Source: an uncultured Candidatus Binatia bacterium
GTDB taxonomy: Bacteria > Desulfobacterota > Binatia > UBA9968 > JAJDTQ01
Assembly: GCA_965213675.1 (NCBI GenBank)
Contig: OZ243916.1
Span: forward strand, 1,312,001-1,376,000
Length of the DNA stretch: 64,000 bases
Direction: 5' to 3'
A program made the translations under genes and the position numbers. The notes beneath the pieces were generated by a model, which ran no database searches, was not told the origin of the DNA, and was given only the letters and a program-made list of their open reading frames with translations. Shown in pieces: positions 8,309-18,971 of this stretch. How positions within the stretch are numbered: position 1 is the first letter of the stretch; every line of letters starts with the position of its first letter.

Positions 8309-9406
8309 ATGGCCGAAGCCGCAACCCTGGACGAGATCAAGGACCGCATCCGCAAGCGCGTGGGCAAACGCAGCCCCTTCCACCTCATGGACCCGGCCGA
8401 AGCCGAAGGTGCGCTGGCCGAGCTGACCAGCATGGACGCCGACGCCTGGGCCGAAGCATGGAGCAAGCCCGGCGCGCGCTGGGAAAAGACCGCCAGGGAA
8501 GCAGAGGAACAGGGCAACGCCGATGAGGCCAAGGCGGCCTGGTTTCAGGCCGCCGCATGGTACGGCGCCGCGCGCCATCCCTTCCCCAGCTCACCGGGCA
8601 AGCAGGAAGCCTACCGCAAGACCATCGAAAACTATCTGGCCGCCTCCCGCTACTTCGACCCGCCGCTGGAGCGCATCGCCCTGCCCTTGCGCGACAAGGA
8701 GGTGGTGGGCTACCTGCGCCTGCCCGCCCGACGGCCCGCGCCGGTCATCATGCACTGGGGCGGCATCGACAACTGGAAAGAGGACCGCCACAATTTCGTG
8801 GAGTCCATGCTGGCGGAGGACTGGGGCTGCTTCATCATGGACAGCCCCGGCACCGGCGAGTCCCCGGTTCTCGCGTCGGACACCGCCCACGAGGTGTACA
8901 GCACGGCGCTGGACTATCTGGTGTCCCGGCCCGAAGTGGACGCGTCCCGCATCGCCGCCCTGGGCGCCAGCTTCGGCGGCTACTGGTCCACCAAGCTCGC
9001 CCACGTGGAGCCGGAACGGCTGCGCGCCGCGGTCAACTGGGGCGGCGGCATCCACGGCTTCTTCCAGCCCGAATGGCAGCAGCGCTCCCGCAATGCGTCG
9101 TCCTACCTCTTCGACCTCATCGAGGCCCGCGCCAATCTCTTCGGCAAGCGCACCTTCGACGAGCTCTGCGAAGTCATGCCCATCCTCTCTCTCAAGGACC
9201 AGGACCTGCTCGACAACTCCTGCGCCCCCATGCTTCTGGTCAACGGCAAGGACGACCTCCAGGTCCCCATCGAGGACTTCTTCATGCTGCTGGAATGCGG
9301 CAGCCCCAAGGCCATGCGCCTCTTCCCCGGCGGCCACATGGGCGAGTCGCCGGACGTGTTCCCGACGATACTGCGGTGGCTGCACAGGGAACTGGACGGG
9401 GAGTGA
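8309..9406 (+). CDS. Alpha/beta hydrolase (FrsA/2,6-dihydroxypseudooxynicotine hydrolase-like)
   Basis: WGGIDNWKE, DSPGTGES, nucleophile GASFGG, NGKDDLQVP, GGHMG; GGAGG RBS. The upstream part of the 815-aa ORF is antisense to coxD and the TPR gene. Confidence 0.85.
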   Translation: MAEAATLDEIKDRIRKRVGKRSPFHLMDPAEAEGALAELTSMDADAWAEAWSKPGARWEKTAREAEEQGNADEAKAAWFQAAAWYGAARHPFPSSPGKQEAYRKTIENYLAASRYFDPPLERIALPLRDKEVVGYLRLPARRPAPVIMHWGGIDNWKEDRHNFVESMLAEDWGCFIMDSPGTGESPVLASDTAHEVYSTALDYLVSRPEVDASRIAALGASFGGYWSTKLAHVEPERLRAAVNWGGGIHGFFQPEWQQRSRNASSYLFDLIEARANLFGKRTFDELCEVMPILSLKDQDLLDNSCAPMLLVNGKDDLQVPIEDFFMLLECGSPKAMRLFPGGHMGESPDVFPTILRWLHRELDGE

Positions 9407-9435
9407 CCGGGAGGAAGGGCTGACTGGGACGATTG

Positions 9436-9696
9436 ATGGCGGAGGTCACAAAGACGACGCGGTACTTCGAGGAGCAGGTACGGCGCAAGCGCCCTTACAT
9501 TGATCCACGTTGGTGTGTTGAAGTCATCGCCGCACCCATTCGACGTGAAACGCAGGCGGATGGTCGGATACGTTTCTGGGGCGAAGTCACACCCTCGGGA
9601 GAAGCGACAGCGCGTATCCTACGCGTGGTCACACTCGATGATGGCGCGACGATCCACAATGCTTTCTTTGATCGCGGTTTTCGAAAGGAAGAGTGA
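9436..9696 (+). CDS. Putative TA toxin partner of DUF2283
   Basis: TTRYF..RKRPYI..QADGRIRFWG..LRVVTLDDGATIHNAFFDRGF; TGATG overlap with next gene. Confidence 0.65.
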   Translation: MAEVTKTTRYFEEQVRRKRPYIDPRWCVEVIAAPIRRETQADGRIRFWGEVTPSGEATARILRVVTLDDGATIHNAFFDRGFRKEE

Positions 9697-9911
9697 TGAA
9701 ACTACACTACTACTCCGAAACCGACAGCCTGTACGTCGAGCTCAAGGTCGGACCGGGTACAGAAACCCGCGAAGTTGCGGCGGGACTCAACGTCGATCTT
9801 GACGCCAACGGGGACGTCGTCGGCTTCGACATCGACCATGCGTCCAAGCGACTCGATCTTTCCACGTTGGAGACGGAAGCGCTGCCGGTGCGGACCTATC
9901 GGGCTGGTTAA
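9696..9911 (+). CDS. DUF2283 family putative antitoxin
   Basis: MKLHYYSETDSLYVEL..GLNVDLDANGDVVGFDIDHAS. Confidence 0.85.
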   Translation: MKLHYYSETDSLYVELKVGPGTETREVAAGLNVDLDANGDVVGFDIDHASKRLDLSTLETEALPVRTYRAG

Positions 9912-10051
9912 GAACACTCCGAGCTTCCTGTGGCCTCATGCTCCCGGTTGAATAGGAGCTACTTCACTGAAATACAATCGGGCGGCCGCTCGCATCCCCA
10001 CTGCAGGACACGCTGCTACCCCGGCAGAATACGTTTGACCGGAGAACACGC

Positions 10052-10969
10052 ATGCCGATCCCAGACTATCAGTCTCTAATGTTACCTTTGCTGGAGCTAG
10101 CCGCAGACGGGGAAACCCGCCATTGCCGCCAAACATATGACATTCTGGCCCAACGCTTCAACTTAACGGAGGACGAGAAAAGGGAAATCTTGCCGAGTGG
10201 CCGCCAGCCAAGGTTTGTCAACCGAATCAACTGGGCTCGGTCATACCTCACAAATGCCGGCCTACTGGAATCTCCCAAGAGGGGCTACTTTCGCATCACG
10301 GAAAGGGGACGTGAGGTTCTCGCTGGCAAACCCTCCGCGGTCAATATCAAATTTCTTGAACAGTTCGAAGAGTTCAAGAGCTTTCAGCAGCGCCGCCGCC
10401 AGCCCTCATCGCAGGTTGGAGAAACCCCTCCGACTAACGGAGACCAGGAAGACACGCCCGAGGAAACCCTCCAGGATGCGTACCTAGTGCTGCGCAAGAA
10501 TTTGGCGGGCGAGTTGCTTACGGCAGTTCTGGAGTCGCCCCCCTCTTTCTTCGAGCAACTGGTCGTGGATCTACTCCTCCGTATGGGCTACGGCGGTTCA
10601 CGACAGGAAGCCGGGGAGGCGATAGGCCGCTCCGGCGACGAGGGCATAGACGGTATCATCAAAGAGGACCGACTGGGACTGGAAATCATTTACGTACAGG
10701 CCAAACGCTGGGAGAATGTCGTCGGCAGGCCCGACGTCCAGAAATTTGCTGGTGCCCTTCAGGGACAGCGCGCCCGTAAGGGCGTCTTCATCACTACTTC
10801 CACGTATTCTCGTGAGGCAATGGCGTTCGCGGCCAATATCGAAACCAAGATCATTCTGATCGACGGAGACAAACTTGCCGAGCTCATGATCGACCACGGC
10901 GTTGGAGTGACGACCGAGGAAACCTACGAAGTGAAAAGGATCGACTCGGATTACTTTCCGGACGATTGA
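10052..10969 (+). CDS. mrr: Mrr type IV restriction endonuclease
   Basis: MPIPDYQSLMLPLL Mrr_N domain; FFEQLVVDLL, GDEGIDGII, IYVQAKRW, KGVFITTS. Confidence 0.93.
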   Translation: MPIPDYQSLMLPLLELAADGETRHCRQTYDILAQRFNLTEDEKREILPSGRQPRFVNRINWARSYLTNAGLLESPKRGYFRITERGREVLAGKPSAVNIKFLEQFEEFKSFQQRRRQPSSQVGETPPTNGDQEDTPEETLQDAYLVLRKNLAGELLTAVLESPPSFFEQLVVDLLLRMGYGGSRQEAGEAIGRSGDEGIDGIIKEDRLGLEIIYVQAKRWENVVGRPDVQKFAGALQGQRARKGVFITTSTYSREAMAFAANIETKIILIDGDKLAELMIDHGVGVTTEETYEVKRIDSDYFPDD

Positions 10970-11002
10970 GCCTGGATCGGGCACGAGCTGGGCGGCACCC
11001 CT

Positions 11003-11686
11003 CTACCCCACCTTCTCCCGCGCTTCCATCATCTTGTGGACGACGGCCTCGACGTACGCTTCGCCCACGAACGGCGACAGGATGTAGGACTTGAGGGCGT
11101 AGATGGGCTCGCCGTAGCGGGTGCGGCGGTAGCAGGCGGTAGCTGGCTATGGCGGCGAGCGGACCGGTGCCCGCCCGGGTTGTTTCCAGCAAGTACATGC
11201 CGGGGTGGTATTCCCCGGAGTGGTAGAGGTACGGCATCTGTTCCGGGTCCCGCGCGACCCGCTGCAGGTCCGCCCGATCCTCCGCCAGCACCAGGCTGGA
11301 GAGACCAGGCTGGAGAGGTACGGCGCAAAGCCGGTCTTGTGGAAGTCCACGCCCACGGAATCCGCTAGCGCCAGGTGACGGATGCGGCGGCACGCCCCGG
11401 CCAAGGCCCGCAGGATGCGCGGCCGGAAACCCAGAGGGTTGCCGTCGCAATCGTAGTCGTTGAACACCGACCACACCCAGCCGATGACCGCGTCGGCGTG
11501 GATGTGCGGGCGGTAGGCGAGCCTGAACTCGTTCGCCAGCGCGTCCCGCATCGCGGCGATGGCCTGGAGGTCGTCGAGGCCAACGGAATCGGTGGTGCCC
11601 ATGGTGGCGATGATGGCGGCGATCTTCCTGCCCTCCGTCAGGGCCTGTCGGGCAGGGTTTTCGGAGATGAAGGTGTGCCCCTCCAT
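11003..11686 (-). pseudogene. Remnant of group II PLP-dependent decarboxylase
   Basis: ATMGTTD, HIHADAVIGW, DSVGVDFHKTG; 14-bp duplication frameshift at 11290-11317; continues QMPYLY..LETTRAG; C-terminus LKSYILSPF in another frame; N-terminus missing. Confidence 0.8.
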
Positions 11687-11721
11687 TCAGTTTACAGCAA
11701 ATCGATAAAGTCGCTATAAAC
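11687..11721. repeat. AT-rich site, copy A (related to 13548-13580)
   Basis: TCAGTTTACAGCAAATCGATAAAG; 19 of the first 23 nt match copy B. Confidence 0.55.
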
Positions 11722-11747
11722 CGGGCAGCCGCAAGGAGCCGACCGCG

Positions 11748-12383
11748 ATGATCACCCTCTACAGCAAGGCAACCTCCAACGGCCGCAAGGCCTCCGTCAT
11801 GCTGGAGGAATCGGGGCTGGACTACACGGTCAGGCCCATGGCCCTGGAGAACATGGAGCAAAAGGAAGACTGGTACCTGGCCATCAACCCCAACGGCCGG
11901 ATCCCCTGCATCGTCGATGACGACGGCCCCGGCGGCGTGTCCGTCACCGTGTTCGAGTCGGGCGCCATCCTCATCTACCTGGCGGACAAGTCGGGACGGC
12001 TCCTGCCGCAAGAGCCGTCTGCCCGCATGGAAGTACTGAACTGGCTCTTCTTCGCCTCCGGCCACATCACCCACACGGGCCTGGGCGTGCACTGGCAGAT
12101 ACGCCGCCGCGACGCCGGCGAAGAGCACGCCCATCTGGGCGTCTGGCAGACGGAGAACAACCGCGTCTACGGCGTGCTGAACCGCGGGCTGGAAGGACGA
12201 GACTTTCTTGCGGGGGATTACTCCATCGCCGACGTGGCCGCCTACCCCTGGATCTACCGCTGGCAGATGCAGGAGATCGACCTCGACCGCTACCCGAACG
12301 TGCGGGAATGGCTGGCCCGGGTCGGCGCCCGGCCGGCGGTGAAGCGGGGGTTGCAGATACCGCCGCGGGATGACGGGCTATAA
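11748..12383 (+). CDS. Glutathione S-transferase (YfcG/nu-class-like)
   Basis: TSNGRK, INPNGRIP, VFESGAILIYLA, YSIADVAAYPW, RPAVKRG. Confidence 0.92.
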   Translation: MITLYSKATSNGRKASVMLEESGLDYTVRPMALENMEQKEDWYLAINPNGRIPCIVDDDGPGGVSVTVFESGAILIYLADKSGRLLPQEPSARMEVLNWLFFASGHITHTGLGVHWQIRRRDAGEEHAHLGVWQTENNRVYGVLNRGLEGRDFLAGDYSIADVAAYPWIYRWQMQEIDLDRYPNVREWLARVGARPAVKRGLQIPPRDDGL

Positions 12384-12590
12384 CGGCATAGGGTTCTCCA
12401 GCGGAGGCTGGCATGGACGCGAAGGTAGCCTGCCACAAAGCAAGAGATTACATTGCCCCCACCCGAACGCCTCCCGACCACCTCAGGTCTATCGTGAAGC
12501 CTTCGAGTGCTGAAGGATCTCGACCGTCTTGCTCGATTTTCGCTTCGCCATATTTGCGACCTAGCTGGCCTGTCCGTCGGGTTTGTTTGG

Positions 12591-12790
12591 TTACAGATCC
12601 GACTCGTGGATGCTTGCCAATTTCATCAGGTGTCTCTGGAGCCCGGCTTTCAGCGATGTGTCTCCGTGACCCGGCACTGAGATGCGAACGGCAGATCCTG
12701 TCTTCACATAGATGAAATGGCTCCCGTTGATGCGCTTCAACCGTCATCCCTTGGATTCAAGAAGCCTGGAGAACTGCTGGCCGCCCTCAT
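12591..12790 (-). pseudogene. hicA: hicA toxin pseudogene
   Basis: Manual translation GQQFSRLLESKG*RLKRINGSHFIYVKTGSAVRISVPGHGDTSLKAGLQRHLMKLA; internal TGA at the usual Trp; ATG 12790 is out of frame. Confidence 0.8.
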
Positions 12791-12990
12791 ACCGCAATCT
12801 CGATGATCCTTGCCTTTCCCGAGACAGGGAGATCACGAACGTCGACGGACAGACAGCCTTCGACGGCTTCGTAGAGATTCGCCAGCAACTCTTCGAATGA
12901 ATCCCCCTGCGTCGCACAACCCGGGATGGAAGGCACTTCCGCCCAATACCCGCCTTCGTCAGCTTGATGGATCACGACTTTCAGCTTCAT
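12787..12990 (-). CDS. hicB: HicB family antitoxin
   Basis: [43 protein letters not shown]. Confidence 0.9.
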   Translation of the reverse strand: MKLKVVIHQADEGGYWAEVPSIPGCATQGDSFEELLANLYEAVEGCLSVDVRDLPVSGKARIIEIAV

Positions 12991-13020
12991 GGCGTCCTCG
13001 TTGGTCGATGTTCTCCTCTG

Positions 13021-13230
13021 TCACTGCAATACGATCTTCTCGTTGCGTCTGTTGTGGCCCTCGGGTTCCAATGCATCCCGTGGATTATACCCCGTTATCT
13101 CGACCAGTGCCTCGGCCAAACTTTCGCGCATTTCCTCAAGGGTGCGCTACTGGCAATTGACCCCGGGCACTTCTTCGATCCAGCCGATTCACCATTATCC
13201 GCAAGGCTTCACGACCGCCGTCTATTCCAC
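13021..13230 (-). pseudogene. Second hicB-family gene, four in-frame stops
   Basis: VE*TAVVKPCG*W*IGWIEEVPGVNCQ*RTLEEMRESLAEAL..EKIVLQ*. Confidence 0.75.
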
Positions 13231-13320
13231 GCCTATTGGCCATTGCACAATATAGTGACGCCTTTCCCTTCTCTTTACCGCCTTCTAAAGGAGAGGCCGG
13301 CATGCTCGGGTGTCACGATA

Positions 13321-13540
13321 TTATGCGGCTCTCAATAATGCCGCCAACTGGTCCTCTTTCACGTATTGAAGCTCGTCGACAAATAGGGCCACACAGTTCC
13401 CGTCCGCCTTGGCCACGGAGCCGACAACCTCGAACAAGTCCTGCAGGTCGCTTTCCAGGTCTCCGTTGTCCGCCAGCCCGGGCTCAGGGTCGACGTCCAG
13501 GCCCACCTCGATGTCCTGATACTTCACTTTCAATGCTCGC
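13321..13540 (-). pseudogene. Internal fragment of AAA-type ATP-binding protein
   Basis: KVKYQDIEVGLDVDPEPGLADNGDLESDL..ALFVDELQYV (Walker B) with no Walker A or C-terminus. Confidence 0.7.
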
Positions 13541-13547
13541 AGTTACC

Positions 13548-13580
13548 TCAGTTTATAAAGAATCGATAAACTGACTAAAC
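13548..13580. repeat. AT-rich palindromic site, copy B
   Basis: TCAGTTTAT-AAAGAATCG-ATAAACTGA, a perfect 9-bp inverted repeat. Confidence 0.6.
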
Positions 13581-13611
13581 TTCCTAAAGTCCCTGTCATT
13601 CCTCCCCTCGC

Positions 13612-14322
13612 CTACCCGAACAACCCCATCAACGCATCCACCGCCGCCCGCGTGTCCGAGAAGTCGGGCAGCAGTTCGTCGGGCTCGATGTGGCGGAGTT
13701 CCTCCAGGGGGTGGTAGCGGCCGGTGGCCACGAGGAGGCATTTCATGCCGTTGGTGCGGGCGGCTTCGAGGTCGCGGGGGGTATCGCCGACGATGACGCA
13801 GTGGCGCGGCTCCACCGGTCGGTTCAGGTGGGCGCCCCACCGCTCCATGGCGATGCGGGGGAGGTCGTTGCGGTTGGGGGAATCGCTCGCAAAGGCGCCA
13901 AGGCCGATGTGCTCGCCCACGCCGGCGGCCTGAAGCTTCAGGCGGGCGGTAACTTCCATGTTGCCGGTGACGACGCCAAGGCAGAGGTCCCCTCGGCGGC
14001 TCAGCGCCCCCACCAACTCCAAGACGCCGGGCAACGCATACATCACGGTCGAGCCTCTGGAAATGGCGCGGGTGTAGCATTCCTGCAGGCTCTGGCTGAA
14101 GCGGGCTGCGTCGGCCGGACGCCATTTCACCTTGTGGCCGCCAGCGTCGAAGATCTCCTGCAGGATTATCGGATCGGTCTTGCCGTCCGGGCGAATGGTG
14201 CGGATATCGCCCGGGACGCCGAAGGTCTTGAAAATGGCGTCGTTGAAGGCAAGGTGCCCGTTCCGGGACCGCACCAGGGTACCGTCGATGTCGAAGAAGA
14301 TGATCTTGGGTTCGTTGGCCAT
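13612..14322 (-). CDS. HAD family hydrolase (phosphoglycolate phosphatase-like)
   Basis: FFDIDGTLV, GKTDP, VVTGN, IVGDTPRD. Confidence 0.9.
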   Translation of the reverse strand: MANEPKIIFFDIDGTLVRSRNGHLAFNDAIFKTFGVPGDIRTIRPDGKTDPIILQEIFDAGGHKVKWRPADAARFSQSLQECYTRAISRGSTVMYALPGVLELVGALSRRGDLCLGVVTGNMEVTARLKLQAAGVGEHIGLGAFASDSPNRNDLPRIAMERWGAHLNRPVEPRHCVIVGDTPRDLEAARTNGMKCLLVATGRYHPLEELRHIEPDELLPDFSDTRAAVDALMGLFG

Positions 14323-14398
14323 GACGGATTGGAAACTTATACGCTCGCGGCGGACATGGAAAGAGACCGTCGCGCGGCGCCCGACGGCCACCGTCTGA

Positions 14399-14427
14399 TT
14401 GACAAAGCCGCCCTGCCGGGCTACGAA
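14399..14427 (+). promoter_or_regulatory. Sigma70-like promoter for riboswitch leader
   Basis: TTGACA at 14399, 17-bp spacer, weak -10 TACGAA, immediately before the aptamer. Confidence 0.45.
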
Positions 14428-14432
14428 GAACG

Positions 14433-14524
14433 TCGCACAACTGGCGTGTACGTGGAGCTTACCACGAGGGAGTGCATGTGTGGCTTCGGCCGCACCTGAC
14501 TGCTGGAAGGCCGAACGCCTGGGT
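14433..14524 (+). ncRNA. ZMP/ZTP riboswitch (pfl motif)
   Basis: P1 GCAC/GTGC, ACTGGCG, P2 CGTGG/CCACG, GGGAG, linker cUUCGg hairpin, P3 GCCGAACGCCTGGG whose CGCC pairs with GGCG. Confidence 0.88.
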
Positions 14525-14553
14525 CTCTATGCGAGGGAGGTTCAGGCTTTTTT
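14517..14553 (+). terminator. Intrinsic terminator (riboswitch expression platform)
   Basis: GCCTGGGTCTC/GAGGTTCAGGC stem plus T6; overlaps aptamer P3. Confidence 0.8.
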
Positions 14554-14698
14554 GTGCGCAAATCCCGTCATGCCCGTGTCCCACGGAGACCACCTCGGGA
14601 CGAACATTGAGACAGTCCTTCGACACGGTTCATCCAGCCGTGCTCGATCCAGCCGATTTTGAGCCATCCATACAACTTTACGCATTGGATGTGACGCC

Positions 14699-15844
14699 AT
14701 GATCAAGCAATACCTGCTGTCCCCCGGTCCGACGCCCATTCCCAACGAAGTCCAACTGGCCATGGCCCGGACCATGATCCACCATCGGACACCGGAGTTC
14801 GCGACGGTCCTGGAGGAGGCCCGCCAGGGGCTCAAGCCGCTGTTCGGCACAGCCAACGACGTGATCATATTCGCCTCGTCCGGCACCGGCGCCATGGAGG
14901 CGGCGGTGGCCAACCTGTTCTCGCCGGGGGACAAGGTCGTGGTGGTCAACGGCGGCAAATTCGGGGAGCGCTGGCTGCGCATCTGCCGCGCCTACGGCCT
15001 CGACGTGGCGGAGATTCCGGTGGAGTGGGGCAAGGCCGTGGAGGTGAGCGCCGTGGAACAGGCGCTCCAGGCCAATCCCGACACCAAGGGCGTGCTGATC
15101 CAGGCCAGCGAGACTTCCACCACGACGCTCCATCCGGTGCGCGAAATCGCGGCGCTGACGCGCGACGACGGGCCGCTCCTGCTGGTGGACGGCGTGACCG
15201 CCGTGGGCGTGCTGTCCGTGCCCATGGACGAGTGGGGCATCGACGTCCTGGTGACGGGCTCGCAGAAGGCCATGATGCTGCCGCCGGGGCTGGCCTTCAT
15301 CGGCTTGAGCGACCGCGCGTGGCAGCGCACCCGGGAAAGCGCGTCGCCGCGCTTCTACTTCGACCTGGAGAGCGAGCGCAAGGGACAGGCCAAGGGCTCC
15401 ACCGCGTACACCCCCGCGGTGTCGCTGGTGTTCGGGCTGTGCGCCGCCCTGAAGCTCATGCGCGACGAGGGTCTGGAGCGGGTCTACGCGCGCCACGACC
15501 GCATGGCCCGGGCCACCCGCACGGCAGCCACCGCCCTGGGGCTCAGGCTTCTGTCCCCGGATACTCCCAGTCCCGCGGCCACCGGTTTCTATGTGCCTGA
15601 CGGCTCCGACGGCGACGCGCTACTCGAATTTCTGCGGGTGCGCATGGGCATCACCCTGGCGGAAGGACAGGACCATCTTCAGGGCAAAGTCATCCGCATC
15701 GCCCACGTGGGCCACATGGGCGCCTTCGACGTGATCGTGGCCATCAGCGCGCTGGAAATGGCCTTTCGCAAGTTCGATCTTCCGGTCACCCTCGGCAAGG
15801 GTGTGGCCGCGGCCCAGGAGATCCTCATGGAGGCCCTCGATTGA
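14699..15844 (+). CDS. Class V aminotransferase (serine-pyruvate/alanine-glyoxylate family; probable phosphoserine aminotransferase)
   Basis: LLSPGPTP, SSGTGAMEA, ETST, VDGVTA, TGSQKAMMLPPGL; adjacent to serA. Confidence 0.88.
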   Translation: MIKQYLLSPGPTPIPNEVQLAMARTMIHHRTPEFATVLEEARQGLKPLFGTANDVIIFASSGTGAMEAAVANLFSPGDKVVVVNGGKFGERWLRICRAYGLDVAEIPVEWGKAVEVSAVEQALQANPDTKGVLIQASETSTTTLHPVREIAALTRDDGPLLLVDGVTAVGVLSVPMDEWGIDVLVTGSQKAMMLPPGLAFIGLSDRAWQRTRESASPRFYFDLESERKGQAKGSTAYTPAVSLVFGLCAALKLMRDEGLERVYARHDRMARATRTAATALGLRLLSPDTPSPAATGFYVPDGSDGDALLEFLRVRMGITLAEGQDHLQGKVIRIAHVGHMGAFDVIVAISALEMAFRKFDLPVTLGKGVAAAQEILMEALD

Positions 15845-15968
15845 TTGAAGAACTCCGGGCACAGCGGGCCGCGGCGTTTTCGAGAGCATGACCGCCCAAG
15901 GCTTCGGGAGCCTGTCGGGTCTCCGGCAACCCCTCCGCCAACGGGAAACGATCAGGAGTGACGGCAAC

Positions 15969-18864
<2,896 letters not shown>

Positions 18865-18971
18865 AACGATCTGCGCCTCGCCCGGTCGCGCCCGCACCAA
18901 ACCCGCCAGGAGCCGCCTTGGGACGATCGCGGGGCGCCCCACAAGTCATCGCGCCTTGCCGATGACATGAA

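Noticed and set aside
12744-12746. In-frame TGA in hicA as selenocysteine or recoded Trp
   Set aside because: The gene is also frameshifted, and TGA is a normal stop across the window.
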